From Candidatus Poribacteria bacterium (GTDB taxonomy: Bacteria > Poribacteria > WGA-4E > JAJDTR01), in NCBI GenBank assembly GCA_965204085.1, contig CBDBEE010000003.1, positions 1,449,981 through 1,513,980 on the forward strand: DNA of 64,000 nt, written 5' to 3'. The notes under the pieces were generated by a model. That model was not told the origin of the DNA. It was given only the letters and a program-made list of their open reading frames with translations, and did not search any database. Positions 9,893 through 19,345 of the stretch are shown one piece after another (the first letter of the stretch is position 1; every line of letters starts with the position of its first letter). The position numbers were made by a program, and so were the translations under genes.

Positions 9893-11368
9893 GTGAAAAA
9901 AAACATCAACAATTATGTCCTACTTTTCCTTGTTTTTAGTGTCATGTTTCTGCTGCTTCCCACGGTTGCTCTTTCAGCCGAAAAGGGACATGATACTCAT
10001 GGCGAACATCACGGAGTCGACGGTGCAAATCTTCCCTTGTGGAGCATCATCCCGTTCGCCGGCATTTTGCTGTCAATTGCGTTTTGGCAACTCATCGCAC
10101 CGCACTTTTGGCATCATAACTACGGGAAAATATCGTTCGCATGGGCGCTGATTTTCGCCATACCCTACCTCATATTTTTTCATGGGCGCGCGCTTTACGA
10201 TATTCTGCACATCTATCTGATTGATTATATTCCGTTTATTATTCTACTTTGGGGGTTGTTCACGGTGGCGGGCGGTATTGTGGTGCGCGGTACGCTGCGC
10301 GGTACGCCGGTAGTGAACCTCGTTCTGCTGCTAATTGGTACCGCCATCGCATCGTGGATTGGGACGACCGGCGCGTCGATGCTACTAATTCGCCCGCTAA
10401 TTCGAGCCAATGCTTACCGAAAAAACAAGACGCACCTGATCATCTTTTTCATCTTCTTGGTGAGCAACATCGGGGGTTCTTTGACGCCGTTGGGCGACCC
10501 GCCCCTGTTCCTTGGTTTTCTGCACGGTGTTCCGTTTTTCTGGACTACGACGGCACTGCTACCGCATATGCTATTCATCTGTGTGCTGCTGCTAGTGCTG
10601 TTCTTCATCCTGGACACCATTATGTTCAAGCGAGAGGGTGGCGTGGTGCCGGATGATGGCGAGAAAGAGCCCATTCGCGTTGCAGGTTTGTTTAATCTGA
10701 TATTCCTTGCGGGGATTGTTGCAGGTGTGTTGATGAGCGGCACGTTTAAGTGGGGCGAGATTAACGTGATCGGCGTACACGTAGCATGGCAGAATATCTT
10801 GCGCGATCTGGTTATTGTAGCGATGGGGTTGCTCTCACTGAAGTTCACGCCCTTCGCAGGTGCACTGCGGCGTGAGAATCAGTTTGAGTGGGAACCGATT
10901 GCCGAGGTTGCCAAGCTGTTCGCCGGAATTTTCATGACGATTATTCCGGCACTCGCGATACTCAAAGCCGGTGAGCAGGGGGCATTAAGTGGGTTGATTC
11001 GCGCGGTGAACGAGCCGTGGCACTATTTCTGGATAACCGGCGTGCTCTCAAGCTTCCTTGATAACGCACCGACGTACTTGACCTTCTTCAATACCGCACT
11101 CGGGAAACTCCACATGACAGAGGCGATGGCACACGAGGTACTCATCGGGGCGGCGGCGAATCCCGAATTTGTCAGACTGCTGACGGCTATCTCTGTCGGG
11201 GCAGTGTTCATGGGCGCCAACACCTACATTGGTAATGCCCCCAATTTCCTCGTCAGGGGTATCGCTGAATCAAGCGGCATTCGGATGCCGAGTTTCTTCG
11301 GATTTATGCTCTGGTCAGTCGCCATCTTGCTGCCGCTCTTCGTCGTTATAACGCTGGTGTTCTTTTAG
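9893..11368 (+). CDS. Polytopic permease inserted between nuoM and nuoN. Putative ion transporter of the ArsB/NhaD/CitMHS-like superfamily, with a His-rich N-terminus.
   Basis: GTG start directly abuts the nuoM stop. About 12 TM helices. Motifs IRPLIRAN and SLTPLGDPPLFLGFL. Signal peptide then KGHDTHGEHHGVDG. Family assignment is from memory of motif style, not a search. Confidence 0.4.
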   Translation: MKKNINNYVLLFLVFSVMFLLLPTVALSAEKGHDTHGEHHGVDGANLPLWSIIPFAGILLSIAFWQLIAPHFWHHNYGKISFAWALIFAIPYLIFFHGRALYDILHIYLIDYIPFIILLWGLFTVAGGIVVRGTLRGTPVVNLVLLLIGTAIASWIGTTGASMLLIRPLIRANAYRKNKTHLIIFFIFLVSNIGGSLTPLGDPPLFLGFLHGVPFFWTTTALLPHMLFICVLLLVLFFILDTIMFKREGGVVPDDGEKEPIRVAGLFNLIFLAGIVAGVLMSGTFKWGEINVIGVHVAWQNILRDLVIVAMGLLSLKFTPFAGALRRENQFEWEPIAEVAKLFAGIFMTIIPALAILKAGEQGALSGLIRAVNEPWHYFWITGVLSSFLDNAPTYLTFFNTALGKLHMTEAMAHEVLIGAAANPEFVRLLTAISVGAVFMGANTYIGNAPNFLVRGIAESSGIRMPSFFGFMLWSVAILLPLFVVITLVFF

Positions 11369-11387
11369 TTGAGTTCGGAGGAAGCAA

Positions 11388-12830
11388 ATGACAGTGCCCG
11401 TCATCAACTGGCACATGCTAATGCCCGAATTGGTCATTGTCCTAACGTTTGTCATCGTGATGGTTTTTGACCTATTCAAGTCAATCCGGAAGTCAGTTCT
11501 AGCTTGGGTGACCATCATCGGAAGCGCTATCGCGCTATGGGCATCAGTAGAAATGCTCCATGCAGGGGTTATCGGAAACGAATTCAACGGCATGTTGCGC
11601 GTAGATCGTTTTTCGATGTTTTTCAATATCATCTTCCTTGTCTCAACAATCTTGGTAACGCTTATTTCCATCAATTACTTGGATCGAAACGATAAACGGC
11701 AAGGTGAATATTATGTGTTAATCCTCTTGGCAACGTTGGGGATGATGTTGATGGCATCGGGCAATGAGTTGATTGTCGTATTTCTCGGTTTGGAGTTGAT
11801 GTCTTTGTCCCTGTATGTGTTGGCAGGATATTTCCGATCCATACAGGTGTCGAGTGAAGCCGGGATGAAGTACCTGTTATTGGGTGCTTTCGCCAGTGGA
11901 TTCTTCCTATACGGTATAGCGCTGATTTACGGCGGCGCGGGGACAACGAGCATTCCCGAGATTGCATCTGAATTGGAAGCCGCCGGGAAATCTCCGCTGA
12001 TGTTGGCAGGGATGTTCTTGCTGATTGTCGGGTTCGGTTTCAAAGTTGCTCTTGTGCCGTTTCACCAATGGGCGCCGGATGTATACGAAGGTGCCCCTAC
12101 GCCGATCGCCGCGTTTATATCAGCGGGGCCAAAAGCAGCGGGGTTCGCAGCATTTCTCAGGATCTTCACGGGGGCGCTGGAGAGCCTTCAACCGGAATGG
12201 ATTGTCGTGGTTGTGATTCTGGCTGCGTTGACAATGACTGTCGGCAACGTGATTGCGACGGCTCAGAGCAACATCAAACGAATGTTGGCGTACTCAAGCG
12301 TCGCGCACGCAGGTTACGTGCTGGTCGGGTTGGCGGCGGCGAACAAAGATGGCATTTCCAGCGCCATGCTTTATCTGCTTATCTACTGCGTGATGAATAT
12401 CGGCGCTTTCGCCGCTGTAATTCTCGCGAGAACCGAAGATGGCGAGAATCTCAGGATTGCCGATTATGCCGGTCTCGGGTTTCGGAAGCCGTTACTCGCG
12501 TTATTTATGACCATCATGCTACTGTCTCTGGCAGGATTTCCGCCTACAGCCGGTTTCGTCGGGAAATTCTACGTATTTCGTTCTGCCGTGGATGCGGGCC
12601 ACACGTGGTTAGTCGTGGTCGCCGCGATTAACACGGCAATTTCAGCGTTCTATTACCTTCGCGTAGTTGTTACGATGTATATGAAGGAACCCGAAGAAGA
12701 GCTTGACTTTCACGCCTACCCAAGTTTACTGGTATTTGCATTGTTGCTTGTTACAATCGGCGTTGTTCTGATTGGAGTTTTGCCCTCGTATTTCTTGGCT
12801 CCGGCTCAAATTAGCACGCAGTTCTTCTAG
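11388..12830 (+). CDS. nuoN: NADH-quinone oxidoreductase subunit N (NuoN/ND2).
   Basis: 480 aa Mrp antiporter-like subunit. FKVALVPFHQWAPDVYEGAPTPIAAFIS motif. Confidence 0.9.
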   Translation: MTVPVINWHMLMPELVIVLTFVIVMVFDLFKSIRKSVLAWVTIIGSAIALWASVEMLHAGVIGNEFNGMLRVDRFSMFFNIIFLVSTILVTLISINYLDRNDKRQGEYYVLILLATLGMMLMASGNELIVVFLGLELMSLSLYVLAGYFRSIQVSSEAGMKYLLLGAFASGFFLYGIALIYGGAGTTSIPEIASELEAAGKSPLMLAGMFLLIVGFGFKVALVPFHQWAPDVYEGAPTPIAAFISAGPKAAGFAAFLRIFTGALESLQPEWIVVVVILAALTMTVGNVIATAQSNIKRMLAYSSVAHAGYVLVGLAAANKDGISSAMLYLLIYCVMNIGAFAAVILARTEDGENLRIADYAGLGFRKPLLALFMTIMLLSLAGFPPTAGFVGKFYVFRSAVDAGHTWLVVVAAINTAISAFYYLRVVVTMYMKEPEEELDFHAYPSLLVFALLLVTIGVVLIGVLPSYFLAPAQISTQFF

Positions 12831-12878
12831 ACTTGGGCTTGCACAGGCGTAAGTCTCTATGTGCCAAATGGATCAACG

Positions 12879-13157
12879 ATGGCTAGACTTAGGCGGAGTC
12901 CGGAGGAGTGGAACAGTCTTGACCTAGCGTCAATCGGCATCACACTCGTGCTTGCCATTGGCATTGGATCGGGGTTGGGTTGGTGGATCGGCGGGAAGTT
13001 GGGCAACCAAAAGGTCGGTCTCATCATCGGCTTTGTCATGGGAACCACAGCGGGATTCATGGAGATGTTTAGAGCGGTGTCCCGCTGGAATCGGCGAATG
13101 GAAGAACAAGATCGAGCGGATCGAAAGCGCCAAGATGACACAGGGAAGGATTCGTAG
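12879..13157 (+). CDS. AtpZ/AtpI-like small membrane protein, putative ATP synthase accessory protein.
   Basis: About 90 aa with two predicted TM helices (GITLVLAIGIGSGLGWWIGG and GLIIGFVMGTTAGFM). Sits just upstream of atpI-atpB. Start chosen at MARLRR. Confidence 0.4.
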   Translation: MARLRRSPEEWNSLDLASIGITLVLAIGIGSGLGWWIGGKLGNQKVGLIIGFVMGTTAGFMEMFRAVSRWNRRMEEQDRADRKRQDDTGKDS

Positions 13158-13578
13158 GGTGAGTTCTCAATCGCCTTTTGAAGTAGACGACAAATTCTTA
13201 CAGAAAGTCTACCGCTTGACAGTTGTGTTGACAGTCATTGGTACGGTTATTCTCTGGTCAGTTTACGGTACGCCGGAGGGGTTGAGTTTCGCGATCGGCG
13301 GTTTTCTCAGTTTAAGCGCAATCTTGTCACTAGAGTTTGTTATTCGCCGGTTGGTAAAACCCGGCGGTCCATCGCGAGCCAAGCGTTGGATCGGGTTCGT
13401 TTTATTGGGAAAATACACGGTAATATTTGGCGGTTTCTATCTGTTAATGAAGGCGGATTGGCTAAACGTTTATGCCCTCGCAGTCGGGATCGGCGTAGTG
13501 CAACTCGTAATAATCCTTAAAGCCATCAAACTTATGACAGGAATTCTATTCAGCGACAAAACAACCAAAGATACTTGA
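13135..13578 (+). CDS. atpI: ATP synthase protein I (AtpI).
   Basis: About 147 aa, 4 TM, directly precedes atpB. ATG at 13135 chosen within the longer ORF 12952-13578. Confidence 0.5.
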   Translation: MTQGRIRRVSSQSPFEVDDKFLQKVYRLTVVLTVIGTVILWSVYGTPEGLSFAIGGFLSLSAILSLEFVIRRLVKPGGPSRAKRWIGFVLLGKYTVIFGGFYLLMKADWLNVYALAVGIGVVQLVIILKAIKLMTGILFSDKTTKDT

Positions 13579-13588
13579 TAATATAGCA

Positions 13589-14488
13589 ATGAAAAAAACT
13601 TGTTTCCTTTTAATCGCATCGGTTTTTATTCTGGTTGGAGTTGGTTTCGACTTTGGGTTCGCGGCTGAAGATGCTCATGAATCCTCGCAAGACACCCACG
13701 CTGAGGGCGGGCACGGCGGTGCGCATCTCCACTACTCTTGGCTGCACCCGCTGTCCAAAATTATTCCGAATGAGATAATTCCTGAGCCGATCGGCTGGCA
13801 TCAGCCGGATTTAATCCTCAACGCCTATTTCGCGGTGTTGGTTATCACCATCCTTTTCATCTTTGGGACTCGAAAGTTGAAACGACTTCCCGAAGGTAAG
13901 GGGCAGACACTGCTGGAACTGTTTGTCGGTGGATTAATAAGCTTCTTCGGCGGCATTTTGGGCGAACACGGGAAAAAATATGTCCCGTTTGTCGGATCCT
14001 ACTTTATCTTCATTCTGTTTCTGAACTATCTTGGCCTTATTCCCGGTTTTCTGTCTCCGACAGCAGATTTGAACACAACGGTCGCACTCGGGGTTACAGC
14101 CTTAATTGGTGTTCACGTCATTGCTATTAAAGAGAACGGGATCGTCGGTTATTTGAAGCACTTTGTTGGGGATCCGTGGTGGCTTGGACCTTTGATGTTT
14201 CCGTTGCACATCATCGGAGAGCTTGCACGCGCCGGGTCACTGGCAATCCGTCTGTTTGGAAATATCTTCGGCGAGGAATCAGTTATAATCAACTTGACCG
14301 TTTTAGGGCTTGCCCTTCCTCTTATTTTCGGCAAGATTCCTTGGGCGCCGATACAGGTGCCCATGCTGTTTTTCGGACTTTTTGGCGGGTTGTTGCAGGC
14401 ACTTGTTTTCTCGATGTTGACATCAATCTACATCGTTACGTTCCTTGAGCATCATGACGAAGAGCATGGTGCGGAGGCACATCATTAA
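13589..14488 (+). CDS. atpB: F0F1 ATP synthase subunit a.
   Basis: LAIRLFGNIFGEE contains the conserved stator arginine. His-rich N-terminal (QDTHAEGGHGGAHLH) and C-terminal (EHHDEEHGAEAHH) tails. Confidence 0.9.
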   Translation: MKKTCFLLIASVFILVGVGFDFGFAAEDAHESSQDTHAEGGHGGAHLHYSWLHPLSKIIPNEIIPEPIGWHQPDLILNAYFAVLVITILFIFGTRKLKRLPEGKGQTLLELFVGGLISFFGGILGEHGKKYVPFVGSYFIFILFLNYLGLIPGFLSPTADLNTTVALGVTALIGVHVIAIKENGIVGYLKHFVGDPWWLGPLMFPLHIIGELARAGSLAIRLFGNIFGEESVIINLTVLGLALPLIFGKIPWAPIQVPMLFFGLFGGLLQALVFSMLTSIYIVTFLEHHDEEHGAEAHH

Positions 14489-14574
14489 CTGTTGAGCGGC
14501 TGTTGTCGTTCGTTCACACTGTTTTTCAGTGTTTTAATCTCGATTAAAGTTTACTAATCAAAGGAGGAAATTCG

Positions 14575-14892
14575 ATGATTTATCTTGCAGTTTTAGCTTT
14601 CGGGGTAGCGCTCGGTCTGCCAATTGCGGTCATTGCGGCATCGACCGCACAAGGAAAGGCGACGAGCACCGCTCTTGAGGGCATTGCACGTCAGCCCGAG
14701 GCTGCGCCTAGGATCCAGGTAGCGATGATTATCGGTTTGGCTCTCATCGAGTCGCTGGTCATCTATTCGCTGCTGATCTTTTTCCTGCTGATGGGAAAAC
14801 TCCCGGACGTGACGCCGGCTGAGGGTGAAAAGGTCAGCCCGCTTGAAAAGATAATGCAAGCCGCGCCAACTAACGGCGATCAAGATCATTAG
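14575..14892 (+). CDS. atpE: F0F1 ATP synthase subunit c with a Na+-binding-type signature and a C-terminal extension.
   Basis: Aligns residue-for-residue around ARQPEA with the Ilyobacter c subunit. Q in AQG, and E-S-x-x-x-Y in LIESLVIYS. About 30 aa hydrophilic C-terminal tail. Confidence 0.9.
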   Translation: MIYLAVLAFGVALGLPIAVIAASTAQGKATSTALEGIARQPEAAPRIQVAMIIGLALIESLVIYSLLIFFLLMGKLPDVTPAEGEKVSPLEKIMQAAPTNGDQDH

Positions 14893-14962
14893 AAGAAAAC
14901 TAAAGCATGAAACGTACTGCGCGATCATCGTGGTCGCGCGCTATGTTTCAGCGTAGACGACA

Positions 14963-15574
14963 TTGCGAGTCATCATGAAAAGATATAGAAATTTAGTCTT
15001 ATTGGTCTGTATAAGCACATTGATAGCTATCCCGTGTGCGTTCGCCGCCAGTGATAGTACCGGAGGCGGCGGGCTGTTGGGCGCTATCGGACTCGACCCC
15101 AAAACAATCATACTTCAAGCACTGGGTTTTCTCGTTGTCCTGCTTGTGCTTTGGAAGTTCGTCTTTGGCCGCGTTGGCGGGCTGTTGGATGAACGACAGA
15201 AAGAGACAACTTCACGCATGGAGAAGCTGGAGACGGACCAGCGTGAGTTAGATCGGTTGAATGCCGAAACTCGTCAACGGCTGAGTGAGATTGAATCGGA
15301 AGGGCAAGCCAAAATTCAAGCTGCTATCAATGAAGGGAATGCCGAGAGGCAGCGCATTCTCGATCAGGCGCGTCAGGAAGCATCCGCCGAACTTGATAGG
15401 GCACGCACAGAAATTCAGCGTGAAAAGGATGAGGCAATCCTCGAATTACGGGGGACTGTCGCGGAGGTTGCGATTGAGGCGGCTAGCAAGATTATTGATC
15501 AGACACTCGACGGCGAGAAACATCAGCACATTATTGATGAGTCAATTCGGCGCTTGCCTGCCCAAGGCGCTTGA
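14963..15574 (+). CDS. atpF: F0F1 ATP synthase subunit b.
   Basis: Single N-terminal TM then a long charged coiled-coil (LDERQKETTSRMEKLETDQRELDRLNAE...). Confidence 0.8.
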   Translation: MRVIMKRYRNLVLLVCISTLIAIPCAFAASDSTGGGGLLGAIGLDPKTIILQALGFLVVLLVLWKFVFGRVGGLLDERQKETTSRMEKLETDQRELDRLNAETRQRLSEIESEGQAKIQAAINEGNAERQRILDQARQEASAELDRARTEIQREKDEAILELRGTVAEVAIEAASKIIDQTLDGEKHQHIIDESIRRLPAQGA

Positions 15575-15702
15575 TGCTTAGGATTTCCGTACACGAGTCA
15601 AAACATAATCGTAACTGTTTAGTTTATCAATCTGTTTTGGGAATGTTGGTTCGTCGTGCTGCAGTTTAATCCCGTTCCTACACCATCAAGCGAATGAATA
15701 GT

Positions 15703-15759
15703 GAGTGCGATAGAGATCCCCGAGCGTAATGTAGGAGCGATCTCCAGGTCGCGATTTCC
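15703..15759. repeat. Composite REP-like element (family 2 core reversed plus family 1 GTAGGAGCGATCTCC).
   Basis: gtgcgatagagatccccgag cgtaat gtaggagcgatctccaggtcgcgatttcc inside the unusual 336 bp atpF-atpH gap. Confidence 0.5.
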
Positions 15760-15909
15760 TGCTGGCGCCTAAGTTCTGGACTGAACTAAACAATTACACA
15801 TAATCAACAGAATAGCCGTAAGGTAGATACCGCGCGTCATCAGGTTGTAAGGACAACGGTCTTACGGCAGGATTTTGTCACAATCACTAGAGATCGGAGA
15901 GTATACCCG

Positions 15910-16449
15910 ATGAGAGATATTCGGATTGCCAAACCTTACGCGCGAGCGTTGTACGATGCGGCGGTGGAGCAGGAAGCTTTGGATCGCATCGTAGGGGAGG
16001 CCAACCAGATCATAAGCCTAGCACACAATTCAGAGGATTTTGAAGGATTCCTAACCAATCCGATTCTGTCGCCACAGTTCAAGAGCGAGATGTTTCAACA
16101 ACTTCTGTCGGAAACCATCCATCCTCTCACCTTGAACTTTCTGCTACTACTGGCATCGAAACAGCGTGAGAGATTCCTGGTGGCAATCTTGCAAGCGTTT
16201 CTCGAACTTGTGGATTTGAAAGCGGGACGTGTCGTGGCGCAGGTGACATCTGCCGTTCCGCTCAGCGATGCGCAACAAGCGAATCTTGTTCAACAACTAA
16301 GCGACTATTCCGGAGCTGAAGTAAGACTTGAGTTAAGCGAAGATAGTACAATCAAAGGCGGAATCATTGTGCGATTGGGAGACACGGTATTTGATGGAAG
16401 CGTGGCGACGCAGTTACAACGGCTGAAATCGCTGCTTGCAAGAGGTTAG
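15910..16449 (+). CDS. atpH: F0F1 ATP synthase subunit delta (OSCP).
   Basis: 179 aa, IAKPYARALYDAA start typical of delta. Position between atpF and atpA. Confidence 0.8.
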   Translation: MRDIRIAKPYARALYDAAVEQEALDRIVGEANQIISLAHNSEDFEGFLTNPILSPQFKSEMFQQLLSETIHPLTLNFLLLLASKQRERFLVAILQAFLELVDLKAGRVVAQVTSAVPLSDAQQANLVQQLSDYSGAEVRLELSEDSTIKGGIIVRLGDTVFDGSVATQLQRLKSLLARG

Positions 16450-16500
16450 AACAGGAAAGAGAAATAAAGCGCTGTTGTCGAATGAGGGGGAAAATAGATT

Positions 16501-18030
16501 ATGGCAAGAGAAGTTAGACCCGATGAAGTTTCAAATATACTAAAACAACAATTGCTGCAATTCAATCAACAGGTCGACGTTTACGATTCCGGGACAGTCT
16601 TGGATGTTGGTGACGGAATCGCACGCGTGCATGGGCTTGCCAATGTCATGGCGAGCGAGATGATTGAATTTCCGAACGATGTGTTCGGAATGGCGTTCAA
16701 CCTAGAGGAAGACAACGTCGGTTGTGTGCTTTTCGGTGAAGACAAATTGATTCACGAAGGCGACCTCGCCAAACGGACCAATCGATTGCTCGAGGTTCCC
16801 GTTGGTGAAGGGTTACTCGGGCGGGTCGTCAATGCGCTGGGGCAACCCATCGACGGAAAAGGAGAACTTGGCACTAGTGAGACACTTCCCGTCGAGCGAA
16901 AAGGATTGGGCATTGTCCAGCGTCAGCCTGTCTCCGAGCCGCTGTATACCGGTTTGAAAGCCATTGACAGCATGACAGCTATCGGGCGCGGACAGCGGGA
17001 GTTGATCATCGGTGACCGTCAAACGGGCAAAACCGCCATTCCGATTGACACAATAATCAATCAGAAAAACACCGACGTGTTCTGTATTTACGTAGCGATA
17101 GGTCAGAAGGGATCGACAGTCGCACAGGTTGTTACCACACTCGAGCAGCACGGCGCAATGGACTACACCATCGTTGTCTCGGCGCCTGCCAGTGAGCCGT
17201 CACCTCTCCAATATCTTGCGCCGTATACCGGCACGTCAATGGGAGAATACTTCCGTGACAAGGGGCAGCATGCACTGATTATTTACGATGATCTCACCAA
17301 ACACGCGTGGGCGTATCGGCAAATGTCCCTACTCTCGCGGCGACCGCCGGGGCGAGAAGCCTATCCCGGTGATGTCTTCTACCTGCACTCAAGATTGCTT
17401 GAGCGATCGGCGAAACTCAGTGACGAGTTGGGAGCCGGTTCGCTGACTTCGCTGCCTATCATCGAGATTTTCGAGGGTGATTTGACCACTTACATTCCTA
17501 CCAATGTAATCTCAATCACGGATGGGCAGATTTATCTAACTTCTGAACTGTTCAATCAAGGTGTGCGTCCGGCAATTGATGTCGGTACGTCGGTATCGCG
17601 TGTCGGCGGGGACGCGCAGACAAAAGCCATGAAAGCCGATGAGGTGGCAGGTACGCTCAAGCTGGATCTAGCCAGTTTCCGCGAAGTTGCCGCATTCGCG
17701 CAGTTCGGTTCCGATCTTGACGCATCCACACAATCCCAGCTCCGCCGTGGCGAGCGACTGGTGGAGTTGCTTAAGCAGCCGCAGTATGAACCGATGCCAG
17801 TGGAAAAACAGATAGTCTCAATCTTCTGTGGATCAACGGGATATCTTGACGATATCGAAGTGGCGGATGTGTCGAGATTTGAGACCGAATTCCTTACCTA
17901 CATGGATAGGAATCATGCGGAACTCCTCAAGGAAATCGCCGAAACTGGCGTTTTGAGCGATGAACTTATTGATGGTCTTCATGAGGCGGTGAAAAGTTTC
18001 AAGGGGCGGTTCAAGGTGAATGAGGCATAG
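16501..18030 (+). CDS. atpA: F0F1 ATP synthase subunit alpha.
   Basis: P-loop [18 protein letters not shown] and conserved alpha-subunit sequence throughout. Confidence 0.95.
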   Translation: MAREVRPDEVSNILKQQLLQFNQQVDVYDSGTVLDVGDGIARVHGLANVMASEMIEFPNDVFGMAFNLEEDNVGCVLFGEDKLIHEGDLAKRTNRLLEVPVGEGLLGRVVNALGQPIDGKGELGTSETLPVERKGLGIVQRQPVSEPLYTGLKAIDSMTAIGRGQRELIIGDRQTGKTAIPIDTIINQKNTDVFCIYVAIGQKGSTVAQVVTTLEQHGAMDYTIVVSAPASEPSPLQYLAPYTGTSMGEYFRDKGQHALIIYDDLTKHAWAYRQMSLLSRRPPGREAYPGDVFYLHSRLLERSAKLSDELGAGSLTSLPIIEIFEGDLTTYIPTNVISITDGQIYLTSELFNQGVRPAIDVGTSVSRVGGDAQTKAMKADEVAGTLKLDLASFREVAAFAQFGSDLDASTQSQLRRGERLVELLKQPQYEPMPVEKQIVSIFCGSTGYLDDIEVADVSRFETEFLTYMDRNHAELLKEIAETGVLSDELIDGLHEAVKSFKGRFKVNEA

Positions 18031-18040
18031 AGGTGACGAA

Positions 18041-18244
18041 GTGAAACTAAAAATCATTCTCCACGAAGCGGAAGAGGGTGGATATTGGGCAGAAGTGCCC
18101 TCAATTAAGGGATGTGTGAGTCAAGGTGAGACGCTTGACGACTTGATTGAGAACATCTCTGAGGCAATAGAAGGTTGTTTATCTGTGGATATCAGTGATT
18201 GCGATGTCGGCGAGAAAGACACAGTCATGGAGATAGCCGTTTGA
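18041..18244 (+). CDS. hicB: HicB-family antitoxin (UPF0150-like).
   Basis: KLKIILHEAEEGGYWAEVPSIKGCVSQGETLDDLIENISEAIEGCL matches the HicB N-domain pattern. GTG start. Stop overlaps the hicA TTG start (gtTTGAaat). Confidence 0.65.
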   Translation: MKLKIILHEAEEGGYWAEVPSIKGCVSQGETLDDLIENISEAIEGCLSVDISDCDVGEKDTVMEIAV

Positions 18245-18447
18245 AATCCCTGACGGGAAAAGAGTTTTGCCGTTTATTGAATAGGAAAGGTTGGGAATTG
18301 AAGCGAATCAAGGGCAGTCATTACATTTTCGCCAAGGATGCACCTTCTGCCCGAATCTCGGTTCCCGTTCACGGGAATAAAACTCTCAAGCAAGGCTTGC
18401 AGCGGCATCTCATGAAAATAGCGGGTATTGATGAAAGTGAATTGTAG
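18241..18447 (+). CDS. hicA: HicA-family mRNA interferase toxin.
   Basis: LKSLTGKEFCRLLNRKGWELKRIKGSHYIFAKD...VPVHGNKTLKQGLQRHLMKIAGI is the YcfA/HicA pattern. TTG start at 18241. Confidence 0.65.
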   Translation: MKSLTGKEFCRLLNRKGWELKRIKGSHYIFAKDAPSARISVPVHGNKTLKQGLQRHLMKIAGIDESEL

Positions 18448-18468
18448 CAGGGAGTTCAGGAGTTTATA

Positions 18469-19335
18469 ATGGCGACATTAAGAGAAATTAGACGCCGTAT
18501 CGCAAGTGTCGAGAATATCAAGCAAGTAACAGAAGCGATGCGGGTGGTTGCAGCCGCAAGGCTGCGCCGCGCTCAAGAAAATATCTTGGCGACACGACCG
18601 TTCGCGGAAAAGTTCAACGCAATTTTAAGCCACTTGATTGCACAGATTGAAAATCCGACCCATCCGTTGTTGGAAAATCGGGATTTAAAGAATGTGTGTC
18701 TCATTTCTATCAGCGCCGATCGGGGGTTGTGTGGAAGTTTTAACAGCAATGTGATTCGCTCAACAGTGGAAAGGGCGCAGCATTATCAGGATGGCGGCGC
18801 TGCCGTAAAAATCATCTGTGTAGGCAGACGCACTCGAGATTATTTTGTGCGGCGAGACTATGACGTCATTGCGGAATACGTCAACATATTTCGAGATCTT
18901 AAGTTTGAATCGGCGGTTGACATTGTTCATGAGTTTGAGCATCTTTATACTGAACTGCAGATTGACAAAGTAGAGGTGATTTACAACAATTTCAAGTCTG
19001 CCATCCTGCAAACAGTTCTCGTCGAACAGTTGTTGCCGCTTTCTCCTGAAGCTCCAACGGGTGACGAACTCTTTCTCGACTATCTGTATGAGCCGGGACA
19101 GGAGGAAATCTTCCAGTCCGTATTGGCGAAACACCTGAATATGCAGATGTGGAAGGTTCTACTGGATTCCAACGCGGCGGAGCAGGCAGCGCGGATGGCA
19201 GCCATGGAAAACGCGACACGTAATGCCACGGATCTCATTGACGAACTGATTTTACAGCGCAACCGCGCGCGACAAACCCAGATTACAACGGAAATCTCCG
19301 AAATTGTGAGTGGCGCAGCGGCATTGGAGGGTTAG
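18469..19335 (+). CDS. atpG: F0F1 ATP synthase subunit gamma.
   Basis: MATLREIRRRIASVENIKQVTEAMRVVAAARLRRAQE is the canonical gamma N-terminus. Confidence 0.9.
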   Translation: MATLREIRRRIASVENIKQVTEAMRVVAAARLRRAQENILATRPFAEKFNAILSHLIAQIENPTHPLLENRDLKNVCLISISADRGLCGSFNSNVIRSTVERAQHYQDGGAAVKIICVGRRTRDYFVRRDYDVIAEYVNIFRDLKFESAVDIVHEFEHLYTELQIDKVEVIYNNFKSAILQTVLVEQLLPLSPEAPTGDELFLDYLYEPGQEEIFQSVLAKHLNMQMWKVLLDSNAAEQAARMAAMENATRNATDLIDELILQRNRARQTQITTEISEIVSGAAALEG

Positions 19336-19345
19336 AATTTTAGTT

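Noticed and set aside
12068-12631. 187-aa Arg/Cys-rich ORF
   Set aside because: Alternative frame inside nuoN. Its composition reflects GC-rich frame bias.
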